Shown: piece by piece, positions 19,213 through 26,876 of the stretch
Layout of the letters: each line of letters opens with the position of its first letter
Numbering within the stretch: position 1 is the first letter of the stretch
From: a virus
Lineage: Duplodnaviria > Caudoviricetes
DNA length: 55,665 nt
Strand: one strand, 5' to 3'
IMG/VR virus record: IMGVR_UViG_3300030098_002838
Coordinates: 1-55,665 of that record
Made by a program: the position numbers and the translations under genes
Notes under the pieces: model-generated
What the model was told of the DNA's origin: nothing
What the model saw: only the letters and a program-made list of their open reading frames with translations
Databases searched by the model: none

Positions 19213-19796
19213 AGTGGGGACTGAACATTTAGCGTTGAATAATTTCAATGAATCTACTAAACATTTAAAACAGACCCCACTATACTACTCATTTAATCTT
19301 AACTGTATACGCTTTAAACAAGTTACTATAACTAAATAAAGTCGCAGGAGATATGAGTAGTTATTAACTATGCGTACACGACTAGTGTTTTTCAACCTAG
19401 TCCACCACAACCTAATTATTATAATTCAAAGTGCATTGTTTAGTTTTACCACCACAATCATCTTAGCCATATAATAATTATCCACTACTCTGGTTTACCC
19501 AGCTCCCTCTGCATAGTTAAATAAATCTTAGAGGGTTGATTATTATGCAATTAGATGACTCGAGTCCTTTATAAATGGATACCTAATTACTGCTTTAAAA
19601 CCCTTAAAGTTTATAAAGCACAACCCTCATTATAATATTTGCCCTGTTTGGGTGTCATGGTACAGGGCTAACCATGTAGGGGATGCGCTCACTCAGCGCT
19701 GCTATATTGTATGAGAACTGTGGTTAACCTATAGCGCTTGTTGCACTCCCGTGGATGATATACTAGGTACAAGAAGGATAAACCTAATATATATCC
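19213..19796 (-). ncRNA. Array of seven contiguous stem-loop domains (putative ncRNA cluster)
   Basis: Closing stems at 19213-19281, 19284-19361, 19364-19520, 19531-19628, 19641-19668, 19680-19750 and 19753-19796; no ORF of 60 aa or more. Confidence 0.65.
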
Positions 19797-20065
19797 TATT
19801 CTTCTTCATCGTCAATTATTATGTGGTATGCAAAATTTAATCCTGTATCCTCATCATCCCATTCTGTTCTTTGTAATATAACATTAGCATTTTCTTGTAT
19901 ATATATTATATCGTCAACATCTAGTTCTTCCCAATATTTATATTTAATGCACCTTTTTGATGTACCACCACTATTTTTAAACTCAATATTAATTGAATCA
20001 TATCCTTTTAATTTAAATAGCAATAGTATTTTTTCTTCTATTTTATTTATAGGTGCATGTATCAT
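19796..20065 (-). CDS. Hypothetical acidic protein
   Basis: ATGA-coupled ORF in the early arm. Confidence 0.6.
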   Translation of the reverse strand: MIHAPINKIEEKILLLFKLKGYDSINIEFKNSGGTSKRCIKYKYWEELDVDDIIYIQENANVILQRTEWDDEDTGLNFAYHIIIDDEEE

Positions 20066-20235
20066 TTATTCCCCCATTTATCGTAATATACAGAATAATT
20101 AGTAATAATATTTGTCCATTGAGCTTTAGATAATGATGTCATTTCTCTTGCTCTTGGGTCAAACATATTATATAATCCACTTTCTTGTACATCAAGATAT
20201 TCTTTGAATTGCTTTTTTGTTACTATTGATTTCAT
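20062..20235 (-). CDS. Small DUF5049-like protein (57 aa, not in track)
   Basis: MKSIVTKKQFKEYLDVQESGLYNMFD...; GGAGGAG SD. Confidence 0.6.
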   Translation of the reverse strand: MKSIVTKKQFKEYLDVQESGLYNMFDPRAREMTSLSKAQWTNIITNYSVYYDKWGNK

Positions 20236-20492
20236 TACTCCTCCTCTTCTGTTTTGGACATATCAACAATGCCATTTATTGTATTTGTAAGTTTATTATC
20301 TGCTATTGCAATAATTCCCGTTACATCATCTTGCGATAAACCCAATTCAACACATAATGCTCTTAACATTGCAGATGCTAATTTACTATCTTTCTTTGTA
20401 ACCGTACTATCATATCTGTTTGCTTGCAGTATTAATAATGATATAAAGTGTGTTAAATCACCCAATATTTCAATTACTTGGTTCTTTCTCAT
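20235..20492 (-). CDS. Hypothetical protein
   Basis: AAGGAG SD. Confidence 0.6.
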   Translation of the reverse strand: MRKNQVIEILGDLTHFISLLILQANRYDSTVTKKDSKLASAMLRALCVELGLSQDDVTGIIAIADNKLTNTINGIVDMSKTEEEE

Positions 20493-20748
20493 TTTTATCT
20501 CCTTCTTCTGTTATTATTTCAAATATTTTATAAAATATATTTAATCTATGTCTAATTAATTGTAACTCAACTATATCTTTTTCCATCTTTTCTAATCTTT
20601 CTTTATTTTCAAATATATTCTGCATCTTAGATGGTAATGAAATATAATTAAGTCTGCGCATATTATCTTCAGCTGTAAATGTAAGGTCTTGTTCTAATCT
20701 AATTATTTCATTTACTAATACCTTAATCATATCATCTTGCTTAACCAT
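20470..20748 (-). CDS. Hypothetical coiled-coil protein
   Basis: AGGAGG SD. Confidence 0.6.
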   Translation of the reverse strand: MVKQDDMIKVLVNEIIRLEQDLTFTAEDNMRRLNYISLPSKMQNIFENKERLEKMEKDIVELQLIRHRLNIFYKIFEIITEEGDKNEKEPSN

Positions 20749-20758
20749 ATATTCCTCC

Positions 20759-20992
20759 TTATTTAAAATATTTTAGTGTTTGCATCCAATATGTTATACC
20801 TTCTTTAGTATAGTAATGCCTTATTGTTTCCCATTTATAATGTAACTGGCAATATATCGTTGTACTGTCTTTATCTACTGAGTGGTTAATATCATATTTA
20901 TGTTTGTCGCCAAACCTATCTTCAACAATGTAAGACTTATCATCTTTTTTACACCCTATAAATAATAAGGATATTAATAATATATATTTCAT
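20759..20992 (-). CDS. Putative lipoprotein
   Basis: MKYILLISLLFIG-C signal peptide and lipobox. Confidence 0.7.
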   Translation of the reverse strand: MKYILLISLLFIGCKKDDKSYIVEDRFGDKHKYDINHSVDKDSTTIYCQLHYKWETIRHYYTKEGITYWMQTLKYFK

Positions 20993-21192
20993 TACTCCTC
21001 CTTATTATTTTTTATTATATCTTCAAGTCTATTTGCTATTTCCATCATACTTGGTTTCATATTATTTACCCGACATTCTTTATCTGCGACTGTTCTGATT
21101 TCTTTTACTAGTTTTTTGATTTTAGATACTATTTCTTTACCTGCATATGTATCATCATAGATTATTTTTCCATTTATATCTATATATTGCAT
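20992..21192 (-). CDS. Hypothetical protein
   Basis: GAGGAG SD. Confidence 0.55.
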   Translation of the reverse strand: MQYIDINGKIIYDDTYAGKEIVSKIKKLVKEIRTVADKECRVNNMKPSMMEIANRLEDIIKNNKEE

Positions 21193-21366
21193 TTATTTCT
21201 CCTCTTCTACATAGTCTTCCCATTCATTATCATCTATTGATACTATAAATGGCCCGTCTTCATCTACATCAACATCATATATTTTATTTTCATAACTTAA
21301 TATTGTATAAAATACTATTGCAAATGGTAGCATTGCTATTATTAATAATATACCAACCTCTAACAT
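21193..21366 (-). CDS. Small membrane protein with an acidic tail (57 aa, not in track)
   Basis: MLEVGILLIIAMLPFAIVFYTIL TM segment; AGGAGG SD. Confidence 0.55.
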   Translation of the reverse strand: MLEVGILLIIAMLPFAIVFYTILSYENKIYDVDVDEDGPFIVSIDDNEWEDYVEEEK

Positions 21367-21494
21367 TAGTTATTCCTCCTTAGTTCTTCTGATACTTTAT
21401 TTACTGCTTGACTATAGTTTTGTGCCTCAACAGTTATTACTCTGCCATAATATCTAAATGACCATTGATTATCATGTATTAATATAAGTGTCAT
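21366..21494 (-). CDS. Small hypothetical protein (42 aa, not in track)
   Basis: AAGGAG SD; stop overlaps the next start. Confidence 0.5.
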   Translation of the reverse strand: MTLILIHDNQWSFRYYGRVITVEAQNYSQAVNKVSEELRRNN

Positions 21495-21519
21495 GTTTGA
21501 CTCCTTCGGTTATTGTGGT

Positions 21520-21729
21520 TTATTGTTTATTTAATTTTTCACATAATTGTACATTTTTTTTACCTAGTTGTACATTTCTATCACGAAGCATATCTATCTC
21601 ATCTTTTAGTTCATTGATTACATTATCATTGTGTTGTAGCTGGTCATTCATTGTCCAACCTAACCAACATAGAAACATCATTGATATGGCTGCTATAAAA
21701 CTCATTGTTACTAATAGTATGTCTAGCAT
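21520..21729 (-). CDS. Membrane-anchored coiled-coil protein
   Basis: N-terminal TM segment followed by heptad repeats; AAGGAG SD. Confidence 0.65.
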   Translation of the reverse strand: MLDILLVTMSFIAAISMMFLCWLGWTMNDQLQHNDNVINELKDEIDMLRDRNVQLGKKNVQLCEKLNKQ

Positions 21730-21743
21730 TATTTACTCCTTGT

Positions 21744-21884
21744 TTATTTAAATACTGGTTGAGGTGCTGTGTACTTTACTTTCTTACCATCTCTCCAAAT
21801 CCATCCTCTTCTTCTACTTTTAGAGATTTGTCTTGGTGTTACTCCAAGTTCACTTGCTAGTTCTTTATTTGTCTTTTTATTCAT
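21744..21884 (-). CDS. Small HTH DNA-binding protein (46 aa, not in track)
   Basis: TNKELASELGVTPRQISKSRRRG HTH pattern; AAGGAG SD. Confidence 0.65.
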   Translation of the reverse strand: MNKKTNKELASELGVTPRQISKSRRRGWIWRDGKKVKYTAPQPVFK

Positions 21885-21984
21885 TATGTTCTCCTTGATT
21901 GTTTGCTTTGTAGATTATCACACATAAGTATGTTAGTGAGCTGTATGATAGTATAATAAATGGTAATAGTATTAAGTCAAGCAT
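21877..21984 (-). CDS. Small hydrophobic peptide (35 aa, not in track)
   Basis: MLDLILLPFIILSYSSLTYLCVII; AAGGAG upstream. Confidence 0.4.
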   Translation of the reverse strand: MLDLILLPFIILSYSSLTYLCVIIYKANNQGEHNE

Positions 21985-22050
21985 CGCATTACTCCTTGTT
22001 TATAGTTTATGCCCAAGTTTTATTAAATCTTATAATATAAAAGAAAAGAG

Positions 22051-22158
22051 AGTGGCTACTAATAACATCATGACGTTAAGCATGAACATGAGTCCAATAT
22101 GTTTGTTACGTTCACCACTGCCCTTATACAAACCCCCTGAAAGGGGGAAAATTCCCCC
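22051..22158 (-). promoter_or_regulatory. Structured intergenic element with alternative G5/C5 hairpins
   Basis: AGTGG/CCACT-closed multiloop at 22051-22119; C5-G5-C5 tracts at 22133-22158. Confidence 0.4.
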
Positions 22159-22162
22159 TCAA

Positions 22163-22363
22163 TTAGGCTGACATAATCGCAGACACTTTGTCCGAATCAT
22201 CTCTCATCTTAGAGATTGCATCAGCTGTTGCCAAATACCTAAAGCCACTACCATCGTGCTTTACAATGTGGTGGTCTTTGCCATCAATCTTATAGGTTTC
22301 AGTTGACACCTCTAAGGTAACTTCAACAAACTTGCCATTAATTGGTAACCATAGTATTTCCAT
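22163..22363 (-). CDS. Hypothetical protein, first gene of the early arm
   Basis: AAGGAG SD. Confidence 0.7.
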   Translation of the reverse strand: MEILWLPINGKFVEVTLEVSTETYKIDGKDHHIVKHDGSGFRYLATADAISKMRDDSDKVSAIMSA

Positions 22364-22497
22364 AGTTCACTCCTTTTTATTTGGTTAAGAAATAACTAAA
22401 AATCGGATTTTCACAATCCCGATATGGGGTACACTAGCCGAGTTATGGCTGTATAACAAAATGCTATAATTTTTTTGAAAAAATAACTTGGGCATGC

Positions 22498-22527
22498 TTG
22501 ACATTGACTTGACAAGTGTTTTAAATT
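22498..22527 (+). promoter_or_regulatory. sigma70-like promoter of the late arm
   Basis: TTGACA-N18-TAAATT containing three tandem TTGAC copies. Confidence 0.65.
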
Positions 22528-22591
22528 GGGGGGACTACAGGGGGGCCGAAAGGGATATTGTAGGCCCGGCATGTAACATAGTATATATAGT

Positions 22592-22807
22592 ATGGCTATT
22601 GAATTAAAAGAACTGGGTTTATTACCAATAGAAGAACAAGAGTCTATTTTAGAAGGGATGCAAGAAAGCTACCATCCAATAGAAGTAAATGGTAAAAAAT
22701 TCATGATACCAGGCCAAGTAAACGAATTAATAGATGATTTGTTTTCTGAAGTAAATAATTTAAGAAAAAAAGTAAAAGAGGGTAGTATTGGAAAGTCAGA
22801 CAATTAG
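22592..22807 (+). CDS. Hypothetical protein
   Basis: First ORF of the late arm. Confidence 0.6.
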   Translation: MAIELKELGLLPIEEQESILEGMQESYHPIEVNGKKFMIPGQVNELIDDLFSEVNNLRKKVKEGSIGKSDN

Positions 22808-23576
22808 GGGTGTTCACCACTATGTATTTGATGATGTAGATGAATTTAAAGAATATTATCATTCAAAGATGATGAGTAGTCCAGAAGTAAAAGGAAACTG
22901 GCGTGAAGGAAAAGAAGGGGATTGGGTATTTAGTGATGATGGAAGGATTGTACAATTATTAAAAGTTGCACATAGCGTTAAGCATCATGGGGATAGAAAG
23001 AATTATAAATTTGCCAGAGGTTGGGTAAGAACAATAGTGGGTACATTTCTGAATCGTGATAATACATTCATGGATACAGACTTCAGCTCTCATGCTAATA
23101 GATACACTTTTTCTAAGACCATCAAAAACCCAGCGTCTAGAGTACGAAAACGTACTAAGCCTACTAATAAAGAAAAAGAGTTTGCAACAAATGTTGTAGT
23201 TGGTATGGGAGCTGTCAAGGCTTATATGACTGCGTTTCAAGAAGAAAATAGAAATAATGCAAAAAAGAAAGCAGCGGTGCTTTTAAAACAGGAGAGAATA
23301 ATGAAAGAAATAGATAGAACTGCTTTAGAAGTAGCTAAAGAACTTGGTATTGACCATGAATATATACTTCAAAAATTAAAAGATTTAGCAGATTTTAGTG
23401 AAGACGACAATATACAATTACAATCTATAAAAGAACTTGGAAAAGCAATAGGAACAGTTGGCAATACAATTAAACAAAAAGAAATCGGAGTAGTTGGAAT
23501 GTTTCAAGGGTTTAGTCCAAAAGAATTACAATCTGCTGATAGAAATGAAATAACAGCAAGTAGTGAAGAAGAATGA
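22788..23576 (+). CDS. Terminase small subunit (with N-terminal extension)
   Basis: C-terminal half KEKEFA...AVKAYMTAF...AAVLLK...ILQKL...IKELGK fits TerS; upstream of TerL. Confidence 0.65.
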   Translation: MESQTIRGVHHYVFDDVDEFKEYYHSKMMSSPEVKGNWREGKEGDWVFSDDGRIVQLLKVAHSVKHHGDRKNYKFARGWVRTIVGTFLNRDNTFMDTDFSSHANRYTFSKTIKNPASRVRKRTKPTNKEKEFATNVVVGMGAVKAYMTAFQEENRNNAKKKAAVLLKQERIMKEIDRTALEVAKELGIDHEYILQKLKDLADFSEDDNIQLQSIKELGKAIGTVGNTIKQKEIGVVGMFQGFSPKELQSADRNEITASSEEE

Positions 23577-24619
23577 TTAGAAAAGATGAAGATGGCAATA
23601 TAGTCGGTTGCGATAAATGTGGCTCAAGAAATTTAAAAAAAGATGGGTGGGCTTATTGGAAAAGTAAAAAAAGACAAAGATGGCAATGCATGGCATGTGG
23701 TAAAAAATTACTTAATCCAAAAATAATAGAAAAACCACAATTTGAAAAAGAGTTACAAGAAGTAGACTATATACCAATAGATGAAATAATAGAGCATAGA
23801 AAAAAACAATACAGTCAAAAATTAAAAGCAAAAAAATCTAAAAGATTAATAAATATAAAAATTAATCAAAGAGGCCCAATAGGAATCCTTCATTTTGGTG
23901 ACCCCCATGTAGATGATGATGGTACTGATTTAGCTGAAATATATATGTTATGTGATTTAGTAAACAAAACAGATGGCTTATTTGGTGGCAATCTAGGTGA
24001 TATACAAAATAACTGGATAGGTAGATTACAAGCTCTGTACGGACAACAATCTACATCTGCTAAAGAATCGTGGAGACTTACAGAACATTTTGTTAATCAA
24101 GTAGAATGGTTATATCTAGTAGCAGGTAATCACGATGTATGGAGTGGTGATGGAGACCCATTAGAATTTATAATGAGAGAACATAGTGGTATTTATGAAC
24201 AATGGGGAGCAAGATTAAATCTTATATTTCCTAATGGTAAAGAAGTTAGAATAAATGCTAGGCATATGTTTAAAGGTAATTCAATGTGGAACACAGCTCA
24301 TGGAGTAGCAAAAGCAGCTCAGATGGGATGGAAAGACCACATCTTAACTTGTGGACATACTCATGTGTCAGGTTATCAAGTATTAAAAGATGCAGCTAGT
24401 GGATTAATAAGTCATGCATTGCAAGTAGCATCATTTAAAATAATGGATAGTTATGCAGATAAATTAGGATTAGATGATAAGAATATATTTAATGCCCCAG
24501 TTACAATTATAGACCCTAGATATGATGATGATGATAATAGATTAATAACTACAATATTTAATCCCTATGAAGGGGCTGAATATTTAAAATATAAGAGGCA
24601 ACAATGGAAAAACAAATAA
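23573..24619 (+). CDS. Calcineurin-like metallophosphoesterase with an N-terminal Zn ribbon
   Basis: GDPH, GD, GNHD, RH and GHTH motifs; CDKCGS...QRWQCMACG. Confidence 0.88.
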   Translation: MIRKDEDGNIVGCDKCGSRNLKKDGWAYWKSKKRQRWQCMACGKKLLNPKIIEKPQFEKELQEVDYIPIDEIIEHRKKQYSQKLKAKKSKRLINIKINQRGPIGILHFGDPHVDDDGTDLAEIYMLCDLVNKTDGLFGGNLGDIQNNWIGRLQALYGQQSTSAKESWRLTEHFVNQVEWLYLVAGNHDVWSGDGDPLEFIMREHSGIYEQWGARLNLIFPNGKEVRINARHMFKGNSMWNTAHGVAKAAQMGWKDHILTCGHTHVSGYQVLKDAASGLISHALQVASFKIMDSYADKLGLDDKNIFNAPVTIIDPRYDDDDNRLITTIFNPYEGAEYLKYKRQQWKNK

Positions 24620-24771
24620 CATTAATTCCAGTGCTTTCGTATTGGCATTTGGCAAATAAAGGCCCGAATCAATATTCTCATCAAAAAAAAGGTAATTGTT
24701 CTGTTTCTTACAATACTTTAACTTTTGATATAAATGGCAAATATAAATACACAGAATGTTTCGGAAGCTGA
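24604..24771 (+). CDS. Small hypothetical protein (55 aa, not in track)
   Basis: MEKQITLIPVLSYW..., bridges the phosphoesterase and TerL. Confidence 0.35.
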   Translation: MEKQITLIPVLSYWHLANKGPNQYSHQKKGNCSVSYNTLTFDINGKYKYTECFGS

Positions 24772-26296
24772 AGAAGCATTACAATTAGCATATACAGATT
24801 TAATTGCTTTTGGTAAATTATTTCTACCTGACGATTTCCTCAGAAGTGAAACACCTTTTTTTCACTATGAAATGGCTGATTTTATTGATGATAAAGAATG
24901 CAAACAGCTTGCTATTATTATTCCTCGTGGTCATGGAAAAACAGTTTTAACTAAAGCATCTATACTAAAAGATTTTGTATTTTGCAAAGATGAAGAAAAC
25001 TTTTTATTCTACGCTTGGGTATCAGCTACACAAAAGTTGTCTGTGGGCAATATGGATTATATCAAGCATCATCTTGAATTTAATGATAGGATTAAATACT
25101 ATTTTGGTAGTCTTAAAGGAAAAAAGTGGACAGAAGAAGACATAGAATTAACCAATGGCTGTAAACTCATTTCCAAGAGTAATGTCTCTGGGATACGAGG
25201 TGGAGCAAAACTCCATAAACGATATGACCTCATTATCCTTGACGACTTCGAACATGAAGCAAACACGCTCACTCAAGAGTCTAGAGATAAAAATGCTAAT
25301 CTTGTTACCGCTGTTGTATATCCTGCTATCGAGCCTCATACTGGCCGTCTTCGCATTAATGGTACTCCTGTACATTATGACTCTTTTATTAACAATCTTC
25401 TTACTAATCATGCAAAAGCTCAAAAAGATGATAAGGATTTTGCTTGGAAATTAATTACATATAAAGCAATCCTACCTAGTGGTGAACCATTGTGGGCATC
25501 ATTTTTTAATAAAGCAAAGTTAGAAGAAAAGAAAAAATTCTATATAGACTCTGGACAAAGTACAAAATTCTATCAAGAGTATATGATGGAAGTACAATCT
25601 GAAGATGACTCTGTATGGACTAGAAAAAATTTAAAATATTGGGAAGGCTACTATGAATATAAAGATGGTGTTAACTATCTTATAAAAGATGGTTCAGAAA
25701 TTCCAGTTAATATCTTTATAGGATGTGACCCAGCTACAGATATAGATACCAAAACATCTGACTTTTCAGTTATAATGGTTGTCGCAATAGACCCTGAAAG
25801 TAATGTTTATGTGCTTGAATATGAAAGACATAGAGCAATACCAACTATTGGTAGTAAAGTAGATGGGAACATTATTGGTAAAAAAGGCGTTGTAGATTTT
25901 ATAATAGAATTATACGAAAAATATCATTGTACATCAGCTACGGTTGAAGACGTTGCAATGAATCGTAGTATCTTTCAGGCTTTAAATGACGAAAGAAGAA
26001 GGCTAAATAAGTTCAGTATTGCCGTTATACCAGAGAAACCGGGCGGTTCAAACAAGCTTAATCGCATCTATAGTGGACTTTCGGGCAGATTTTCGATGGG
26101 TTTGGTACATATTAGGGAGTCTCACTTTGATTTATCGCATGAAATAGTTACATTCGGCCCTAAAATGTCACATGATGACACCATAGAAAGTCTTTATTAT
26201 GCTTGTGTACACTCTTTTCCGCCTAATATGCACAAGGATAAAAAAAATAATTGGATGAAAAAAATTAAAAAAGCTAAAAGTTGGATAGTAGCATAA
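24734..26296 (+). CDS. Terminase large subunit
   Basis: PRGHGKT Walker A, LIILDDFE Walker B, GTP coupling motif, GCDPA nuclease, HDDTIE. Confidence 0.95.
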   Translation: MANINTQNVSEAEEALQLAYTDLIAFGKLFLPDDFLRSETPFFHYEMADFIDDKECKQLAIIIPRGHGKTVLTKASILKDFVFCKDEENFLFYAWVSATQKLSVGNMDYIKHHLEFNDRIKYYFGSLKGKKWTEEDIELTNGCKLISKSNVSGIRGGAKLHKRYDLIILDDFEHEANTLTQESRDKNANLVTAVVYPAIEPHTGRLRINGTPVHYDSFINNLLTNHAKAQKDDKDFAWKLITYKAILPSGEPLWASFFNKAKLEEKKKFYIDSGQSTKFYQEYMMEVQSEDDSVWTRKNLKYWEGYYEYKDGVNYLIKDGSEIPVNIFIGCDPATDIDTKTSDFSVIMVVAIDPESNVYVLEYERHRAIPTIGSKVDGNIIGKKGVVDFIIELYEKYHCTSATVEDVAMNRSIFQALNDERRRLNKFSIAVIPEKPGGSNKLNRIYSGLSGRFSMGLVHIRESHFDLSHEIVTFGPKMSHDDTIESLYYACVHSFPPNMHKDKKNNWMKKIKKAKSWIVA

Positions 26297-26496
26297 TGGC
26301 AACAAAAGAAACTCACGATATATCATTACCTAAAAGTACCAGTAGTTTATCAATGAAATCTAAAGGAGAGTTAGGTACTCAAGGATTTGATGATGGCGGG
26401 CCAAAAAAATCATATTGGCAAAGTTTTATTCCTCCAAATAAATTTCACACAAAAAGAAAAATAGATATTTTATATTCACAACAAAGGAAAAAGTAA
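26296..26496 (+). CDS. Hypothetical protein
   Basis: TAATG-coupled at both ends. Confidence 0.5.
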   Translation: MATKETHDISLPKSTSSLSMKSKGELGTQGFDDGGPKKSYWQSFIPPNKFHTKRKIDILYSQQRKK

Positions 26497-26876
26497 TGCC
26501 AAGATTTGGAAAAAGGTCAAAACAAAGATTAAAGGGAGTTAAGCCAGAACTCGTAAATGTTCTAAATGAGCTTGTTAAGATAATGGATGTTACTATTATC
26601 GAGGGATTGAGGACAGAGGCTAGACAAATGGAATTGTTGGCGCAAGGAAAATCTAAAACGAAATACTCAAAACATTTAGAAGGAAAGGCGGTGGACTTAG
26701 CTCCCTACCCAATTGATTGGGAAGATAGAGATAGGTTTCACTATATGGGTGGAATGATTAGAGGAATAGCTAAACAATTGAATGTTCCTGTCCGTTGGGG
26801 CGGCGACTGGGATGGTGATGGCGAAGTAAAAGACAATGGCTTCGATGACCTTGTTCATGTGGAGATTAAAGGATAA
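26496..26876 (+). CDS. Endolysin, M15 family L-alanyl-D-glutamate peptidase
   Basis: EGLRT, SKHLEGKAVD, WGGDW and DLVHVE motifs. Confidence 0.92.
   Translation: MPRFGKRSKQRLKGVKPELVNVLNELVKIMDVTIIEGLRTEARQMELLAQGKSKTKYSKHLEGKAVDLAPYPIDWEDRDRFHYMGGMIRGIAKQLNVPVRWGGDWDGDGEVKDNGFDDLVHVEIKG

Noticed and set aside
19213-19796. CRISPR array or tRNA cluster
   Set aside because: No identical repeats with spacers, and no TTCGA T-loop or cloverleaf found
23573-23720. IS1 InsA transposase fragment
   Set aside because: The Zn ribbon is fused in frame to a phosphoesterase; no InsB or inverted repeats
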